Of a stretch of DNA of 64,000 nt, positions 17,505 through 28,393 are shown piece after piece. Each line of letters starts with the position of its first letter. Within the stretch, counting starts at the first letter, position 1. A program made the position numbers and the translations under genes. Under the pieces are notes generated by a model. It searched no databases, was not told the origin of the DNA, and saw only the letters and a list, made by a program, of their open reading frames with translations. Source of the stretch: an uncultured Gammaproteobacteria bacterium (GTDB taxonomy: Bacteria > Patescibacteriota > Patescibacteriia > 2-12-FULL-57-11); NCBI GenBank assembly GCA_964648865.1, contig CAZYLV010000005.1, positions 6,360 to 70,359 on the forward strand. The letters are read 5' to 3'.

Positions 17505-18839
17505 TCAGCGCCGACGCAAGTGGACCACCGCCTCCACATGCGGCGTGTGCGGGAAGAGGTCGACGAGCCGCACGGCGGCCACGTCGTAGGCCTGGGTCAG
17601 CACCGGCAGTTCCCGTGCCAGGGCGCGGTAGTTGCAGGAGACGTAGACGGCCTCCGGCGGGGCGTGCTCGACGAGCGTCTTGACGACGCGCGGGTGCAGC
17701 CCGGCGCGCGGCGGATCGAGCACCACGGCGTCCGCCGCCTCCAGCATCCCGGCCAACGCCGTCGACGGGCGCGTGACGACGTCCTCGATCTTGGAGGCCT
17801 CGAACGCGGCGTTGGCGATGCCGTTGGTCCGGGCGTTGTCCGCCGCAAGCGCGACGGCGTCGGCGTCCACTTCGACCCCGCGCACGCTGCCGAAGCGGGC
17901 AGCCAGGCACAGCCCTATGGCGCCGACGCCGCAGTAGAGGTCGAGGAGGGTCTGCCGCGCGCGGTCGCCGCCGAGCAGCGCATCGACGTGGGCGATGACG
18001 CGCTCGGCCCCGGCGCTGTTGGTCTGGAAGAAGCTGTTGGGGCGGATGGCGAAGGTCTTGCCGAGGAGCCGTTCGCGGAACTCCAGCGCGCCATGCAGGA
18101 CGCGGAAGGTCTCGGCCAGGGAAAGGTCGGTGCGCTTGGGCTGCGTGCCGTGGACGATGGAGGAGGCGAGCGGGGAGAGGCGCGCCACAAGATCCTCGGC
18201 GGCGGCATCCGGCAACGGTTCGGCGCCGGTCACCAGGTTCACGAGCCGCTCGCCGGTCCGCTTGCCTTCGCGGATCATCAGGTAGCGCAGGAGTCCCTCT
18301 TCCTTCCGCGCGTCCCAGAAGGTCAGCGCGTGCTTCCTGGCCCACAGGCGGACCTCCGCGAGGATGCGCGGGGCCTCCGGGGAGAGAAGGAAGCACTCCG
18401 TGAGGTCGAGGACGCTCCACCATTTCTCCGGCTCCTTCAATCCGAGTGCGCCGTCCGTACCGAAGACGTAGTCCATCCTGTTGCGGTAGTAGAACACGTC
18501 CGGACTGGGTTCCGGTTCGGGGATGTCGAGCGTCGGCAGCGCCGCAGCCACGAGCGTCCGTTTCCACCGCAGCTGCGCGGCGTAGTCCATCTGCTGCCAG
18601 GCGCAGCCGCCGCAGCGTCCCGAAAAGGGGCAACGCGGCGTCACGCGCTCCGGAGCGGGGGAGACGACCTGCGCGTCCAGGAAGTGGAAGCCGTCGGCGC
18701 GGCGGCGTACCGTGCCCGAGACCTCGTCGCCCGGTACGGCAAAGCGGACGGCGAATGTCCGTCCGTCCTTCCCGAAGACGCCCGGGCCTTCGGGGAGCAG
18801 CTTCTCGATCGCGCCATCGACCTTGGTGCCGAATTTCAT
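17505..18839 (-). CDS. rlmD: 23S rRNA (uracil-5)-methyltransferase (RlmD/TrmA family)
   Basis: C-x5-CGGC FeS motif, YRNR, SFFQTN, DLYCGVG, DPPRAG, YVSCN, DLFPHTPHVE. Confidence 0.88.
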   Translation of the reverse strand: MKFGTKVDGAIEKLLPEGPGVFGKDGRTFAVRFAVPGDEVSGTVRRRADGFHFLDAQVVSPAPERVTPRCPFSGRCGGCAWQQMDYAAQLRWKRTLVAAALPTLDIPEPEPSPDVFYYRNRMDYVFGTDGALGLKEPEKWWSVLDLTECFLLSPEAPRILAEVRLWARKHALTFWDARKEEGLLRYLMIREGKRTGERLVNLVTGAEPLPDAAAEDLVARLSPLASSIVHGTQPKRTDLSLAETFRVLHGALEFRERLLGKTFAIRPNSFFQTNSAGAERVIAHVDALLGGDRARQTLLDLYCGVGAIGLCLAARFGSVRGVEVDADAVALAADNARTNGIANAAFEASKIEDVVTRPSTALAGMLEAADAVVLDPPRAGLHPRVVKTLVEHAPPEAVYVSCNYRALARELPVLTQAYDVAAVRLVDLFPHTPHVEAVVHLRRR

Positions 18840-18950
18840 GCGACGAGCATACGCGGGTTGACGGCCGCTGTCACCAGCCGTACCGTCGCGGCGTCTATTT
18901 TCATGCCTCGACAACGGCGCTCGGAGATGCTATCTTGGGAGTGATCCGCT

Positions 18951-19685
18951 ATGTTGAGCGTCGTCATCCCGACCTACAACGAGGAAGCCTTTCTTCCTCG
19001 TCTTTTGGATTCCCTGCGCCGCCAGACCTGGCGCGACATGGAGATCGTCGTGGCCGATGCGCATTCCACGGACCGCACCCGTGAGTTGGCGCTTGCCGCG
19101 GGCTGCAGGGTCGTCGACGGCGGCATGCCGGCCGCCGGCCGCAACCTCGGCGCCGCCGCGGCCATGGGGGAGTACATGCTCTTCCTGGACGCCGACGTGG
19201 CGCTGCCGGACCCGCGCTTCGTGGAGACCTTCGTGCGCCGGGTCAAGGCGCGCGGCTTGGACGTGGCCACCTGCCCCATCGAGCCGATGTCCGACCGGCT
19301 CGTGGACCGCGTCTCGCACGGCCTCTATAACGGCTACATGACGGCCACCGAGCGCGTCTTCCCGCACGCCCACGGCTTCTGCATCATGGCCCGCCGCGCG
19401 GCGCACGCCGCCATCGGCGGCTTCGACGAGACGGTCCGTCTGGCCGAGGATCACGACTACGCCCAGCGCGCCGCCCGCGCAGGGTTCCGCTTCGGCATCG
19501 TCCGCTCGCTGCGCATCCCCGTCTCGACCCGCCGCATGCGCCGCGACGGGTATCTCTCCATCGCCGCGCGCTACGTGCTGTGCGAGCTGCACATGTTGGC
19601 CCTCGGCCCGGTCAAGACCGACATCTTCCGCTACCGGTTCGGCTACACCAAGGACGTGGTGGAGGGCGAAGGTCCCCATGGCTGA
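18951..19685 (+). CDS. glycosyltransferase family 2
   Basis: SVVIPTYNEE, STDRT, RNLGA, FLDAD, GGFDE, EDHD. Confidence 0.9.
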   Translation: MLSVVIPTYNEEAFLPRLLDSLRRQTWRDMEIVVADAHSTDRTRELALAAGCRVVDGGMPAAGRNLGAAAAMGEYMLFLDADVALPDPRFVETFVRRVKARGLDVATCPIEPMSDRLVDRVSHGLYNGYMTATERVFPHAHGFCIMARRAAHAAIGGFDETVRLAEDHDYAQRAARAGFRFGIVRSLRIPVSTRRMRRDGYLSIAARYVLCELHMLALGPVKTDIFRYRFGYTKDVVEGEGPHG

Positions 19686-19998
19686 GGTCCGCATCCCGCT
19701 CGGGCCGCTCGCCGCGTTGCCCGAGGGCGTCCTGCGGCGTTTCCCGGCCGGTTTCCGCGGCGTTTGGGTGCGGCGCCGGGGCGACGTCGTGGTGGGCTAC
19801 TGGGACAGCTGCACCCACCAAGCCGGCGCGTTGCGGCCGCAAGGGGACCGCATGGTCTGCACACGCCACCAGGCCACGTTCGACGCCGTATCCGGCGAGC
19901 GGCTCTCCGGTGAGGCGCCGGAAGGCAGCAGGCTCTCCCGTGCCGAACTGCGCGTCGAGGACGGCGCGCTCATCCTCGTGATGCCCATCAACGATTGA
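19678..19998 (+). CDS. Rieske [2Fe-2S] ferredoxin
   Basis: CTH...C-x2-H (CTRH) ligands, FD..SGE. Confidence 0.85.
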   Translation: MAEVRIPLGPLAALPEGVLRRFPAGFRGVWVRRRGDVVVGYWDSCTHQAGALRPQGDRMVCTRHQATFDAVSGERLSGEAPEGSRLSRAELRVEDGALILVMPIND

Positions 19999-20008
19999 CC
20001 ATCGGCCT

Positions 20009-21202
20009 ATGCGCGCGACAAGGGGGATCCTCATGGGAGTCTTGGCCGCGGCCGCGCTCGCGGCGCCGGCCTCGGCCGCCCAATACGATTACGACCTGGG
20101 CGTCTACAACAGCACCATTTCTTTCTCCAAGACGACGCTCCTCGCCGGCGACAACATCCGCGTCTACGCCCGCATCAAGAACGAGGGCAACCTGGACGTC
20201 TCCGGGTATGCAAGCTTCTTCCAGTCGAACCAGCTGATCGGCCAGTCGCAGGTCATCTCGGTGCGCGCCGGCGGCCAGGACGAGGAGGTCTGGGTCGATT
20301 TCACGGTGCCCGACAACGACTTCAACATCCGCGTCCACATCCAGGGCACCGATCCGCAGGACCAGAACCCGGCCAACGACGTGGCCGTCTCCGCGATGTT
20401 CACCGTGGTCAAGGACGGCGACGGCGACGGTATCGCGGACGGCAGCGACAACTGCCCGACGGTCGCCAACGCGGACCAGCGCGATACGGACGGCGACGGC
20501 CAGGGTGACGCCTGCGACACCGACGACGACAACGACGGCGTGCCGGACGCCAACGAGGGCAACCTCGGCACGTCGCCGACCGACCCCGACTCGGACGGCG
20601 ACGGCGTCGACGACGGCAGTGACGCCTTCCCGTCCGACCCCACCAAGAGCGCCACGCCCCCGCCCGCGTCACCGCCGGGCCCGTCCTCGACACCGGAACC
20701 GCCCCCGCCCGCGCCCGCGGCGGAAGAAGAGGAGTCCGCGGCTCCGGCATCATCGGACGATGAAGAGGCGGTCACCTCGGAAGGCGAGGGGAGCGCCACC
20801 GGCACGCCGGAGACCGTGGACGTGGGCAGCGCCACCGGCACGCTGGCTTTGCCTCCGGTGGCCGCCATCTCCAGCCAGCGCATCGGCTGGGACACCTATC
20901 GTTTCGTCGCCAAGGAGGCGGACGGCGGCCGCGGGTCCTCCGTGCACTGGGACTTCGGCGACGGCGCGAGCCAGGACGGCACCGACGTCGAGCATCGCTT
21001 CCGGAAGCCGGGGACGTATGACGTGGAGCTGCTGGTGACCGCCGCGGACGGGCGGCAGGCGCGCGACACGCTGCGCGTGCGCATCCCGTTCTTCGACGTG
21101 CGCAACTGGCGGTTGCTGGCGCTGCTCGGGCTTGTCGGCGCCACGGCCGTGGGCATGGTGGCGCTCGCGGAAGGCGCCCGGCGTCGGGCGGAAAAGGGAT
21201 GA
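20009..21202 (+). CDS. surface protein with CARDB-like, TSP type 3 Ca-binding repeat and PKD domains and a C-terminal TM anchor
   Basis: Signal peptide, DGDGDG..DNCP..ANADQ.D.DGDG.GDAC repeats, WDFGDG...H.F..PG.Y.V, C-terminal TM. Confidence 0.85.
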   Translation: MRATRGILMGVLAAAALAAPASAAQYDYDLGVYNSTISFSKTTLLAGDNIRVYARIKNEGNLDVSGYASFFQSNQLIGQSQVISVRAGGQDEEVWVDFTVPDNDFNIRVHIQGTDPQDQNPANDVAVSAMFTVVKDGDGDGIADGSDNCPTVANADQRDTDGDGQGDACDTDDDNDGVPDANEGNLGTSPTDPDSDGDGVDDGSDAFPSDPTKSATPPPASPPGPSSTPEPPPPAPAAEEEESAAPASSDDEEAVTSEGEGSATGTPETVDVGSATGTLALPPVAAISSQRIGWDTYRFVAKEADGGRGSSVHWDFGDGASQDGTDVEHRFRKPGTYDVELLVTAADGRQARDTLRVRIPFFDVRNWRLLALLGLVGATAVGMVALAEGARRRAEKG

Positions 21203-22866
21203 TCGCCAAGCTCCTGTCGCGCGAATCGGCCAGCATGACCGGCGCGGCGCTCCTCATCGGCGCCGCGTCCCTGTTTTCGCGCGTGCTCGGCGTGGTCCGC
21301 GAGAGGCTGCTCGTGTCGACCTTCGGCGTCGGTCCGGATCTCGACGCCTACTACGCCGCGTTCCAGGTCCCCAACATGGTCTACAACCTGCTGGTCCTCG
21401 GCACGCTCTCTGTGGCTTTCATCCCGGTCTTCGTGGGCCTGCGCGAGAAGGACGAGGCCGAGGCCTGGCGCTTCGCCAGCGGCGTGCTCGGCCTGACGAC
21501 CCTGGTGATGGGCGCGCTCGGCGCGCTCATCGTGCTCTTCGCCGGGCCGCTCACGGCGCTCGCCGTGCCCGGCTTCGCTCCCGCCCAGCAGGCGCTCGTC
21601 GCGCAGCTCTCGCAGGTCCTTGCCGTGGGCATCGTCCTCTTCGCCATCTCAAACGTCTTCGGTTCCGTGCTCAACGCGCGCAAGCGTTTCCTTGCCGTCG
21701 CCCTGGCGCCGCTCGTCTACAACGTCAGCATCATCGTCGGGTTGGCGGTGACGCGCGACGTGCACGGCGTGGTCTGGAGCGCCACGCTGGGGGCCGGCCT
21801 GCATGCGCTCATCCAGTTCTCGGCGGCCAGCGGGGCCGGGTGGCGGTTCGTGCCGACCTTGGCGCTCGGTACCGCCGCCATGCGCGAGTTCCTGCGGCTG
21901 TTCTTCCCGCGCATCTGGGGGATCGACATCTCGCAGGTCAGCGTCTTCGTCGGCACGGCCGTCGGCTCGGCGCTGGCCGCCGGCTCGGTGGCGCTGTTCA
22001 ACGTCGCCAACAACATCCAGACCGTGCCGGTGGCGGTCTTCGGCTACGCCTTCGCCATCGCCGCCTTCCCGTCGCTGACCGAGGCGCTGGCCCGCAAGGA
22101 CAAGGAGAGCTTCGTGCGGAGCTTCGGCGCGGCGGCGCGGCAGACGGCCTTCTTCCTGCTGCCGCTCGGGCTGCTGACCATCGTGCTGCGGGCCCACATC
22201 GTGCGGCTCATCATCGGGACGCGCCAGCTCTCCTGGGACGACACGCGCCTGGCCGCCGCGGCCCTGGCGCTCTTCGCGTTGACGCTCTTCCTGCAGGGGT
22301 TGGCGCCGCTCTTCTCGCGCGCCTTCTACGCGATGAAGAACACCTGGATCCCGGTCCTGGTCTCGGCCGTCGCCGTGGCCGTCAACATCACCCTGGCGTA
22401 CGGCTTCTTGCGGTTCCTGGCGCGCGGCGGCGCCTGGGTCGACGCGCTCATCGCGCTGCTCAGGCTCGAGGGCATCGCCGACGTGCGGATGCTGGCCTTG
22501 CCTCTCGCCTTTTCCACGGCCGTGACCGTCCAGGTGTCGGTCCTGGCCGTGGTGTTGCGGCTGCGCTTCGGCAGCTTCGGCGGGCGCCGTCTGGCCCTGT
22601 CCGCGGTCAAGATGCTGGCGGCGTCCCTGGCGGCGGCCGTGGCCGCGTATCTCGGCCTGCTGGCCGCGGAGACCCTGGCGCTGACGCGCACCGGGCTCGG
22701 CTTGCTCGGGCAGTTCGCTGTCGCGGCAGGGGCGGGGCTCGCCACGTATCTGGCCGTCGCCGTGGCCGTGCGCAGCGAGGAGGCGGCGCTCTTCTTGGCC
22801 GCGGCGCAGCGGCGCGTCCTGCGCATCACCCGACCCGTCGGCGTCGGCGAGGGGGAGCGGCTCTAG
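21199..22866 (+). CDS. murJ: lipid II flippase MurJ
   Basis: [11 protein letters not shown]...[30 protein letters not shown]. Confidence 0.92.
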   Translation: MIAKLLSRESASMTGAALLIGAASLFSRVLGVVRERLLVSTFGVGPDLDAYYAAFQVPNMVYNLLVLGTLSVAFIPVFVGLREKDEAEAWRFASGVLGLTTLVMGALGALIVLFAGPLTALAVPGFAPAQQALVAQLSQVLAVGIVLFAISNVFGSVLNARKRFLAVALAPLVYNVSIIVGLAVTRDVHGVVWSATLGAGLHALIQFSAASGAGWRFVPTLALGTAAMREFLRLFFPRIWGIDISQVSVFVGTAVGSALAAGSVALFNVANNIQTVPVAVFGYAFAIAAFPSLTEALARKDKESFVRSFGAAARQTAFFLLPLGLLTIVLRAHIVRLIIGTRQLSWDDTRLAAAALALFALTLFLQGLAPLFSRAFYAMKNTWIPVLVSAVAVAVNITLAYGFLRFLARGGAWVDALIALLRLEGIADVRMLALPLAFSTAVTVQVSVLAVVLRLRFGSFGGRRLALSAVKMLAASLAAAVAAYLGLLAAETLALTRTGLGLLGQFAVAAGAGLATYLAVAVAVRSEEAALFLAAAQRRVLRITRPVGVGEGERL

Positions 22867-22939
22867 GGTTGACGGGACCGCGGTCGTCGGCTATACAGCG
22901 CGCATCGTCGTCATCGTGACGGCGGTGGAGGGTACGGAC

Positions 22940-24043
22940 ATGGGACAATTGCGGATCCTGGCGGTCGTCGGCGACGTCGGCGGGGCCACCGAGCTCCTGC
23001 CGGCGCTCGACATCCTGGCGCGCGAGCACAAGGTGACGACCGTCCTCGACCCGGCCGGCAAGGCCGGAGCGGTGCTGGAGAAGGCGGGTGTCGCGTGGGT
23101 CGCCCACGATCCCGCAGGAGGCGAGCTGCCGTTCTGCGACGTCGTCGCGGTCGGCACCAGCGCCACGGCCAACGGCGCGCAGGTCGCGATCAGCCGCCTG
23201 GCGCGTGCGGCGGGGATCCCGGTGGTCTGGGTCGAGGACCTGTACGGCTGCGGCTCGCGCATCCCGGAGGGGACGCGGGTCGCCTGCGCCCCGGACGTCT
23301 TCTGCGCCATCGACGAGGCCGCGGCGCGGATCGCGCGCGGCACCTGGCCCCACGCGCGGATCGCCGTCACCGGCAAGCCGTCCTGGAGCCACCTGCCCGC
23401 GATGCTGGCGCGGCGCGAGGGGATCCGCATGGCGGTGCGCCAGCGCCTCGGTCTCGTGCACGACGAGGTGCTGCTCACGCACTGGCAGGGCGGCATGGAC
23501 GCGGAGGTGGAGCGCCAGGCCTTCGACGTGATCCGCGGTTTGCGCATCATCCCCGGGCTGCGGGTGGCATTCCGGCCGCACGGCAAGCTCAAGCCGGATG
23601 CGGCGCGTGAGGCGATGATCGCCGAAGCGGCGCGCTGGGAGGGCTACGTCTGCGCCGGAGCCGTCCACGTCTCGCCCGCCGAGGAGCTGACCTTGGCCTC
23701 CGACCTCGTGGTCGCCGGGTGGGGCGGCACCCAAGGGTACAGCGCCGTCCTGGCCGGCGTGCCGACGGTCGTGGCTGCCTTCGGGGAGGCCGCGGCAGCG
23801 GAGATGCGTGCCATCGGCTATCCCGACGGGCTTCCCCCGCACGTCGCGGTCGGAGCGGCCCTCCTGGCGCGGACGCCCGCGCAGCTCCAGCGCCGTCTCG
23901 AGGAGGTGCTCTCCATGCGCGACGAAGCCGCCGCCGTGGTCTGCGTGCACCGTGACCCGCTCATGCCCGCGATCGACGGGCATGCCGCGCAGAAGATCGC
24001 CGCGGCCATCGTCGGGGCCGTCCCGCGGTCCCTCCGGCGCTAG
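22940..24043 (+). CDS. GT-B fold glycosyltransferase-like hypothetical protein
   Basis: DVGG N-terminal motif, VGTS, VTGKP, FRPH, SDLVV; resembles capsule-associated GT-B folds. Confidence 0.55.
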   Translation: MGQLRILAVVGDVGGATELLPALDILAREHKVTTVLDPAGKAGAVLEKAGVAWVAHDPAGGELPFCDVVAVGTSATANGAQVAISRLARAAGIPVVWVEDLYGCGSRIPEGTRVACAPDVFCAIDEAAARIARGTWPHARIAVTGKPSWSHLPAMLARREGIRMAVRQRLGLVHDEVLLTHWQGGMDAEVERQAFDVIRGLRIIPGLRVAFRPHGKLKPDAAREAMIAEAARWEGYVCAGAVHVSPAEELTLASDLVVAGWGGTQGYSAVLAGVPTVVAAFGEAAAAEMRAIGYPDGLPPHVAVGAALLARTPAQLQRRLEEVLSMRDEAAAVVCVHRDPLMPAIDGHAAQKIAAAIVGAVPRSLRR

Positions 24044-24141
24044 GCGCGGGCCGACGGTCCTGCGGACGTCTCCGGACGTCCGTCTTTTTTGACAGCCGGG
24101 ACGACGGCCCGTAGGGTGGCTGCGGAACAGGAGGAGGTTCC

Positions 24142-25233
24142 GTGTCGCACATCGAAATCCAACGTACCTGGGTGGTCGCGGACGTCGATCCGGACATCTA
24201 TCAGGGTCCCGGCGTCCACATCGTCCAGGGCTACCTGGTGACCCCGCCGGCCACCAGCCTGCGCGTCCGTGTCGTCCGATCGGGCGACGGCACGCGCGCC
24301 TTCATGACCGGCAAGCGCGGAATCGGCGCCGCGCGCAGCCACGAGGAGAACGAGCTTCCGGCGGCCTTCGCCGAGCGGCTGCTCGGGTACTGCATGTACC
24401 GCCTCGAGAAGCGCCGCTACACCTGCCAAGAGTGGGTCATCGACGTCTTCGAAGGGCGGCTCAAGGGCCTGGTGACGGCGCAGCGGGACTTCGAGCGGGT
24501 CGACCAGCCGTTCGTGCCGCCGGCGTGGATGACCCTGGGCCGTGAGGTCACGGGCTCGCTCACCAACCTGCACCTGGCCATGGCCGAGCACGACCTCGAT
24601 GAGGATGCCGCCGCCTGGGAGTCCATGGAACGGGCTTTGCCCGCGTCCCTGCCGCGGCTCGTGCTCACCGGCGGTCCGTGCTCCGGCAAGTCGAGCGTCA
24701 TGCGCGTCCTCGCAGGACGGTTCGCGGCGCAGGCGCACTTCGTCCCGGAGGTGGCCTCGATCCTCATCGCGCAGGTCGGCGTCCTGCCCCCTGCGAAGGG
24801 ACCGGACCAGCGGCGCTTCCAGCGCGTCATGGCCCGCGTCCAACGGAGCTTCGAGCTCGCGAGCAACGACCAGGCCATCCGTGACGGCAAGAAGGTGCTG
24901 ATCCTCGACCGCGGGACGCTCGACATCGCCGCGTACCTCGATGGCGGCGTGGGGGAGTACGAGGACATCATGCGTTGCACGGCGGAGGACGAGTACCGGG
25001 AGTACGCCAAGGTGCTGTTCCTCGCCCAGCCGCCCGAGGACGTCTACGGGCGCTACGCCGCCGACAATCCGGCGCGTCGCGAGAGCTACGACGAGGCGCT
25101 GGAGCTCTCGTCGGCCATCGAGGACGCCTGGGGGGAGCATCCGGACTTCACCATCGTCGACATGGACGCGTGGGACGAGAAGGTCGCCGCCGTCGTCCGC
25201 CATGTGGAGGAGTTCATCCGCAGGTACCGCTGA
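24142..25233 (+). CDS. CYTH-like domain fused to an AAA_28/NadR-type kinase domain
   Basis: N-terminal EIQR.W, IVQGYL, RVR, KRRY, IDVF; C-terminal VLTGGPCSGKS, VPEVA, DRGTLD, NPARRE. Confidence 0.75.
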   Translation: MSHIEIQRTWVVADVDPDIYQGPGVHIVQGYLVTPPATSLRVRVVRSGDGTRAFMTGKRGIGAARSHEENELPAAFAERLLGYCMYRLEKRRYTCQEWVIDVFEGRLKGLVTAQRDFERVDQPFVPPAWMTLGREVTGSLTNLHLAMAEHDLDEDAAAWESMERALPASLPRLVLTGGPCSGKSSVMRVLAGRFAAQAHFVPEVASILIAQVGVLPPAKGPDQRRFQRVMARVQRSFELASNDQAIRDGKKVLILDRGTLDIAAYLDGGVGEYEDIMRCTAEDEYREYAKVLFLAQPPEDVYGRYAADNPARRESYDEALELSSAIEDAWGEHPDFTIVDMDAWDEKVAAVVRHVEEFIRRYR

Positions 25234-25347
25234 CCCCAGCGGTCTTTTTCTTTTCTGGCGCAGGAGCGCCGAAAAAGCCGATTACGAAGCTCATGAAAAA
25301 AGAAAGCAGCGCATGTGCGCTGCGTGGCGGCGAGACGATGTGTCTGT

Positions 25348-25509
25348 TCAGCAGCCGTCGCAGATTCCGATCGGCAGGTCGCGCGGCGGAGGTGGCGCGT
25401 CGTGCGTCATCCGGTCGACGAACCAGCTGGTCAGGATGCAGATGACCGCAACGAGGAGGATGCCGACAGGGTCCCGCGATCCGGGATGCTCATCGTCGTG
25501 CTGCTCCAT
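25348..25509 (-). CDS. small single-TM protein (53 aa)
   Basis: Minus-strand TTGACA...TATCTT promoter-like sequence, GGAG-rich SD, and hydrophobic VGILLVAVICILTSWF. Confidence 0.55.
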   Translation of the reverse strand: MEQHDDEHPGSRDPVGILLVAVICILTSWFVDRMTHDAPPPPRDLPIGICDGC

Positions 25510-25636
25510 GTCCGACTCCCGTTCTCCTCCAGGTACGTTCCCGAAGGTGCGAGGAAGATACGCCAAAAACCGCTTCTTGTCAACCCAAAAAGGGTCTGGA
25601 AAGAAACGGGGAAAGCGCGTATAGTCCGGCCGACGT

Positions 25637-27430
25637 ATGGACCAGTCCCGGATCCGCAACTTCTGCATCATCGCCCATATCGACCACGGCAAGTCGACCC
25701 TCGCGGATCGGCTGCTTGAGGTGACCGGGACGGTCGAGAAGCGCCGCATGAAGGACCAGCTCCTGGACATGATGGAGCTGGAGCGCGAGCGCGGCATCAC
25801 CATCAAGCTGCAGCCGGCCCGCATGCGCCACAAGGACCACGAGCTCAACCTCATCGACACCCCGGGCCACGTCGACTTCACCTACGAGGTGTCGCGGTCG
25901 CTGGCGGCGGTGGAAGGCGCGTTGCTGCTGGTGGATGCCACGCAGGGCGTGCAGGCCCAGACGCTCGGCAACCTGTACCTGGCCATGGAGCAGGACCTGG
26001 CCATCATCCCGGTGGTCAACAAGATCGACCTGCCCAACGCCCAGGTGGAGAAGACCGTCGAGGAGATCGTCCACCTCATCGGCTGCGCGCCGGAGGACGT
26101 GCTCACCGCCTCGGGCAAGACCGGGGCGGGCGTGCCGGAGATCCTCGACGCGGTCATCGCCCGCATCCCGCCGCCGAAGGGCGATCCTGCCGCGCCGTTG
26201 CGCGCGCTGATCTTCGATTCCAAGTACGACGAGTTCAAGGGCGTCGTGGCCTACGCGCGCATCGTCGACGGCAGCGTCAGGACCAACGCCGCCATCCGGA
26301 CGCTCGGCACGCAGCGCGACGGTCAGGCGCTGGAAATCGGCCGCTTCACGCCGCAGCCGGTGGCCGAGCCGGAGCTGACCGCCGGGCAGATCGGCTACGT
26401 CGTCACCGGGCTCAAGGACATCGAGGGCGTGCGCGTCGGCGACACCATCACCGTCACGGATGCCGCGGCCGCGCCGCTCGCGGGTTACCGCGAAGTGAAG
26501 CCCATGGTCTACGCCGGCATCTTCCCCAAGGAGGGCAACGAGTACGAGCGGCTGCGCGACGCCATCCTCAAGCTCAAGCTCTCCGACGCGGCGCTCTCCT
26601 TCGAGCCGGAGCACTCGGCGGCGCTGGGCTTCGGCTTCCGCTGCGGCATGCTCGGGCTGCTCCACCTGGAGATCGTCCAGGAGCGGCTGCGGCGCGAGCA
26701 TCACATGGAGATCGTGGTCACCACGCCGTCCGTGGCCTACCGCGTCACCACCACCGACGGCGCCGTGCGCGCCATCAAGAGCCCGGCGGACTTCCCGGAC
26801 GCCTCGCGGCTCAAGACGGCCGAGGAGCCCTGGGTCAAGCTCGACGTGGTCGCGCCGTCCGAGGCCATCGGCGGGGTCATGGCGCTGGTCGCCGAGAAGC
26901 GCGGCGTCTACAGGAACACGGAGTACCTGACCGCCGGCCAGAGCGGCCAGCGCGCCGTGCTGCACTATGAGATCCCGCTGTCGTCCATCCTCGTCGACTT
27001 CTACGACCGGCTGAAGTCGGTGTCTTCCGGGTACGCCTCCATGAACTACGAGGTCATCGGTTACCGCGAGGCCGACATCATCAAGCTGGACATCCTGGTG
27101 GCCGAGGAGCCCGTGGAAGCGCTGGCCGCGCTCCTGCCGCGCGAGGAGTCGCAGCGCACCGGGCGGAGCATCGTCGAGAAGCTCAAGGAGTCGCTGCCGC
27201 GGCAGAGCTTCGAGGTCAAGCTGCAGGCGGCCATCGGCGGCAAGGTCATCGCCTCGGAGCGGCTCAGCGCCTACCGCAAGGACGTGCTCGCCAAGATGAG
27301 CGGCGGCGACGTGACCCGCAAACGCAAGCTGCTCGAGAAGCAGAAGGCCGGCAAGAAGCGCATGGCCGGGCAGGGGAGCGTGGACATCCCGCCCGAGACC
27401 TACCTTGCCGTGCTCCGCCGGAACGGTTGA
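25637..27430 (+). CDS. lepA: elongation factor 4
   Basis: IRNFCIIAHIDHGKSTLADRL, LIDTPGHVDF, GGDVTRKRKLLEKQK. Confidence 0.97.
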   Translation: MDQSRIRNFCIIAHIDHGKSTLADRLLEVTGTVEKRRMKDQLLDMMELERERGITIKLQPARMRHKDHELNLIDTPGHVDFTYEVSRSLAAVEGALLLVDATQGVQAQTLGNLYLAMEQDLAIIPVVNKIDLPNAQVEKTVEEIVHLIGCAPEDVLTASGKTGAGVPEILDAVIARIPPPKGDPAAPLRALIFDSKYDEFKGVVAYARIVDGSVRTNAAIRTLGTQRDGQALEIGRFTPQPVAEPELTAGQIGYVVTGLKDIEGVRVGDTITVTDAAAAPLAGYREVKPMVYAGIFPKEGNEYERLRDAILKLKLSDAALSFEPEHSAALGFGFRCGMLGLLHLEIVQERLRREHHMEIVVTTPSVAYRVTTTDGAVRAIKSPADFPDASRLKTAEEPWVKLDVVAPSEAIGGVMALVAEKRGVYRNTEYLTAGQSGQRAVLHYEIPLSSILVDFYDRLKSVSSGYASMNYEVIGYREADIIKLDILVAEEPVEALAALLPREESQRTGRSIVEKLKESLPRQSFEVKLQAAIGGKVIASERLSAYRKDVLAKMSGGDVTRKRKLLEKQKAGKKRMAGQGSVDIPPETYLAVLRRNG

Positions 27431-27473
27431 CGGGACTCCGCTTTTCCTGTACCCCGAAGGGAGGAGGTCAAGA

Positions 27474-27917
27474 GTGCACCACATATTCGAGACGCTCCCC
27501 TCGGTGCAGGGGAAGATCCAGGAGATCGAGGACATCATCATGCGGCATCAGCCGGGCGTCCCGGTGCAGTACCTCGAGGGCTGCGACGGGATGCTGACGG
27601 TGATGCATGCCGTCACGCGCACCTACCAGATCGAGTGGTACGCGGTGTTCGAGGATGCGGACGAGGATGCCGGCATCCCGGCCACGGCCACGGCGCGGGC
27701 GGCGCTGGCGTCGCCCGAGCTCGGCAACCGCATCGAGCTGACCTGGGATCCCGTCACCCGGACGTGGCGGTCGAGCGTGGACCTGCCCGAGGCCGACGGC
27801 CTCGTCGGCTTCCATCGCCAGTTCCGGGACGTCTTCGACCGCGCCGACCGCTCCTGCAGCGAGGACGAGTCCTTCGAGATCATCAACGCGGCCGCGGCCT
27901 TCGTGGCCAAGGGGTGA
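27474..27917 (+). CDS. hypothetical protein
   Basis: GGAGGAGG SD before GTG; GC-rich third positions. Confidence 0.6.
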   Translation: MHHIFETLPSVQGKIQEIEDIIMRHQPGVPVQYLEGCDGMLTVMHAVTRTYQIEWYAVFEDADEDAGIPATATARAALASPELGNRIELTWDPVTRTWRSSVDLPEADGLVGFHRQFRDVFDRADRSCSEDESFEIINAAAAFVAKG

Positions 27918-27921
27918 GCCG

Positions 27922-28386
27922 ATGTCTCTCGACGACATCGTCCTCCCGCCGGACGTGCTGGCGGCGCGCTCCGCGCTGTGGCTGCCCGTCCGCGACGCCG
28001 GAATCGTCATAGGCCGCTTCAAACCCCCGGCCGGAAGGCAGCAGCGCGGCTTCACCGAGAACGTCCTTTTGGGGACGGCCATGTGCACGCTCGACGCGGT
28101 CTATCCGCTCGGTCGGCCGCATGAGCTGCATGTCTCGGTGACGCTGGTCGACACCGCGGTGCGTCCGCCGCGCGCGGACGGGCTGGGGCTCGGGTACCTG
28201 CGCTACGAAGGAGGCGTCTGGCTGCTCCACCTGGAGCGCTCGGAGAGCATGTTCCTCTGGAACGCGGTCTACGCGAAGCTCACCGGCGGCATCCTGGCCC
28301 AGGAGAGCATGGCCGAGGTCCGCATGCCCGACGTGCTGGTCGTCGCCAGCCACATCGGCCGGTTCCTGGCGGACGGCGCCGCCTGA
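27922..28386 (+). CDS. hypothetical protein
   Basis: Starts 4 nt after the previous ORF and ends just before the conserved 3' element. Confidence 0.6.
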   Translation: MSLDDIVLPPDVLAARSALWLPVRDAGIVIGRFKPPAGRQQRGFTENVLLGTAMCTLDAVYPLGRPHELHVSVTLVDTAVRPPRADGLGLGYLRYEGGVWLLHLERSESMFLWNAVYAKLTGGILAQESMAEVRMPDVLVVASHIGRFLADGAA

Positions 28387-28393
28387 GGGGCGG

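Noticed and set aside
16603-18633. Apparent 676-aa Era fusion protein
   Set aside because: The upstream part is an alternative frame of the rlmD-like gene. Era starts at ATG 17484.
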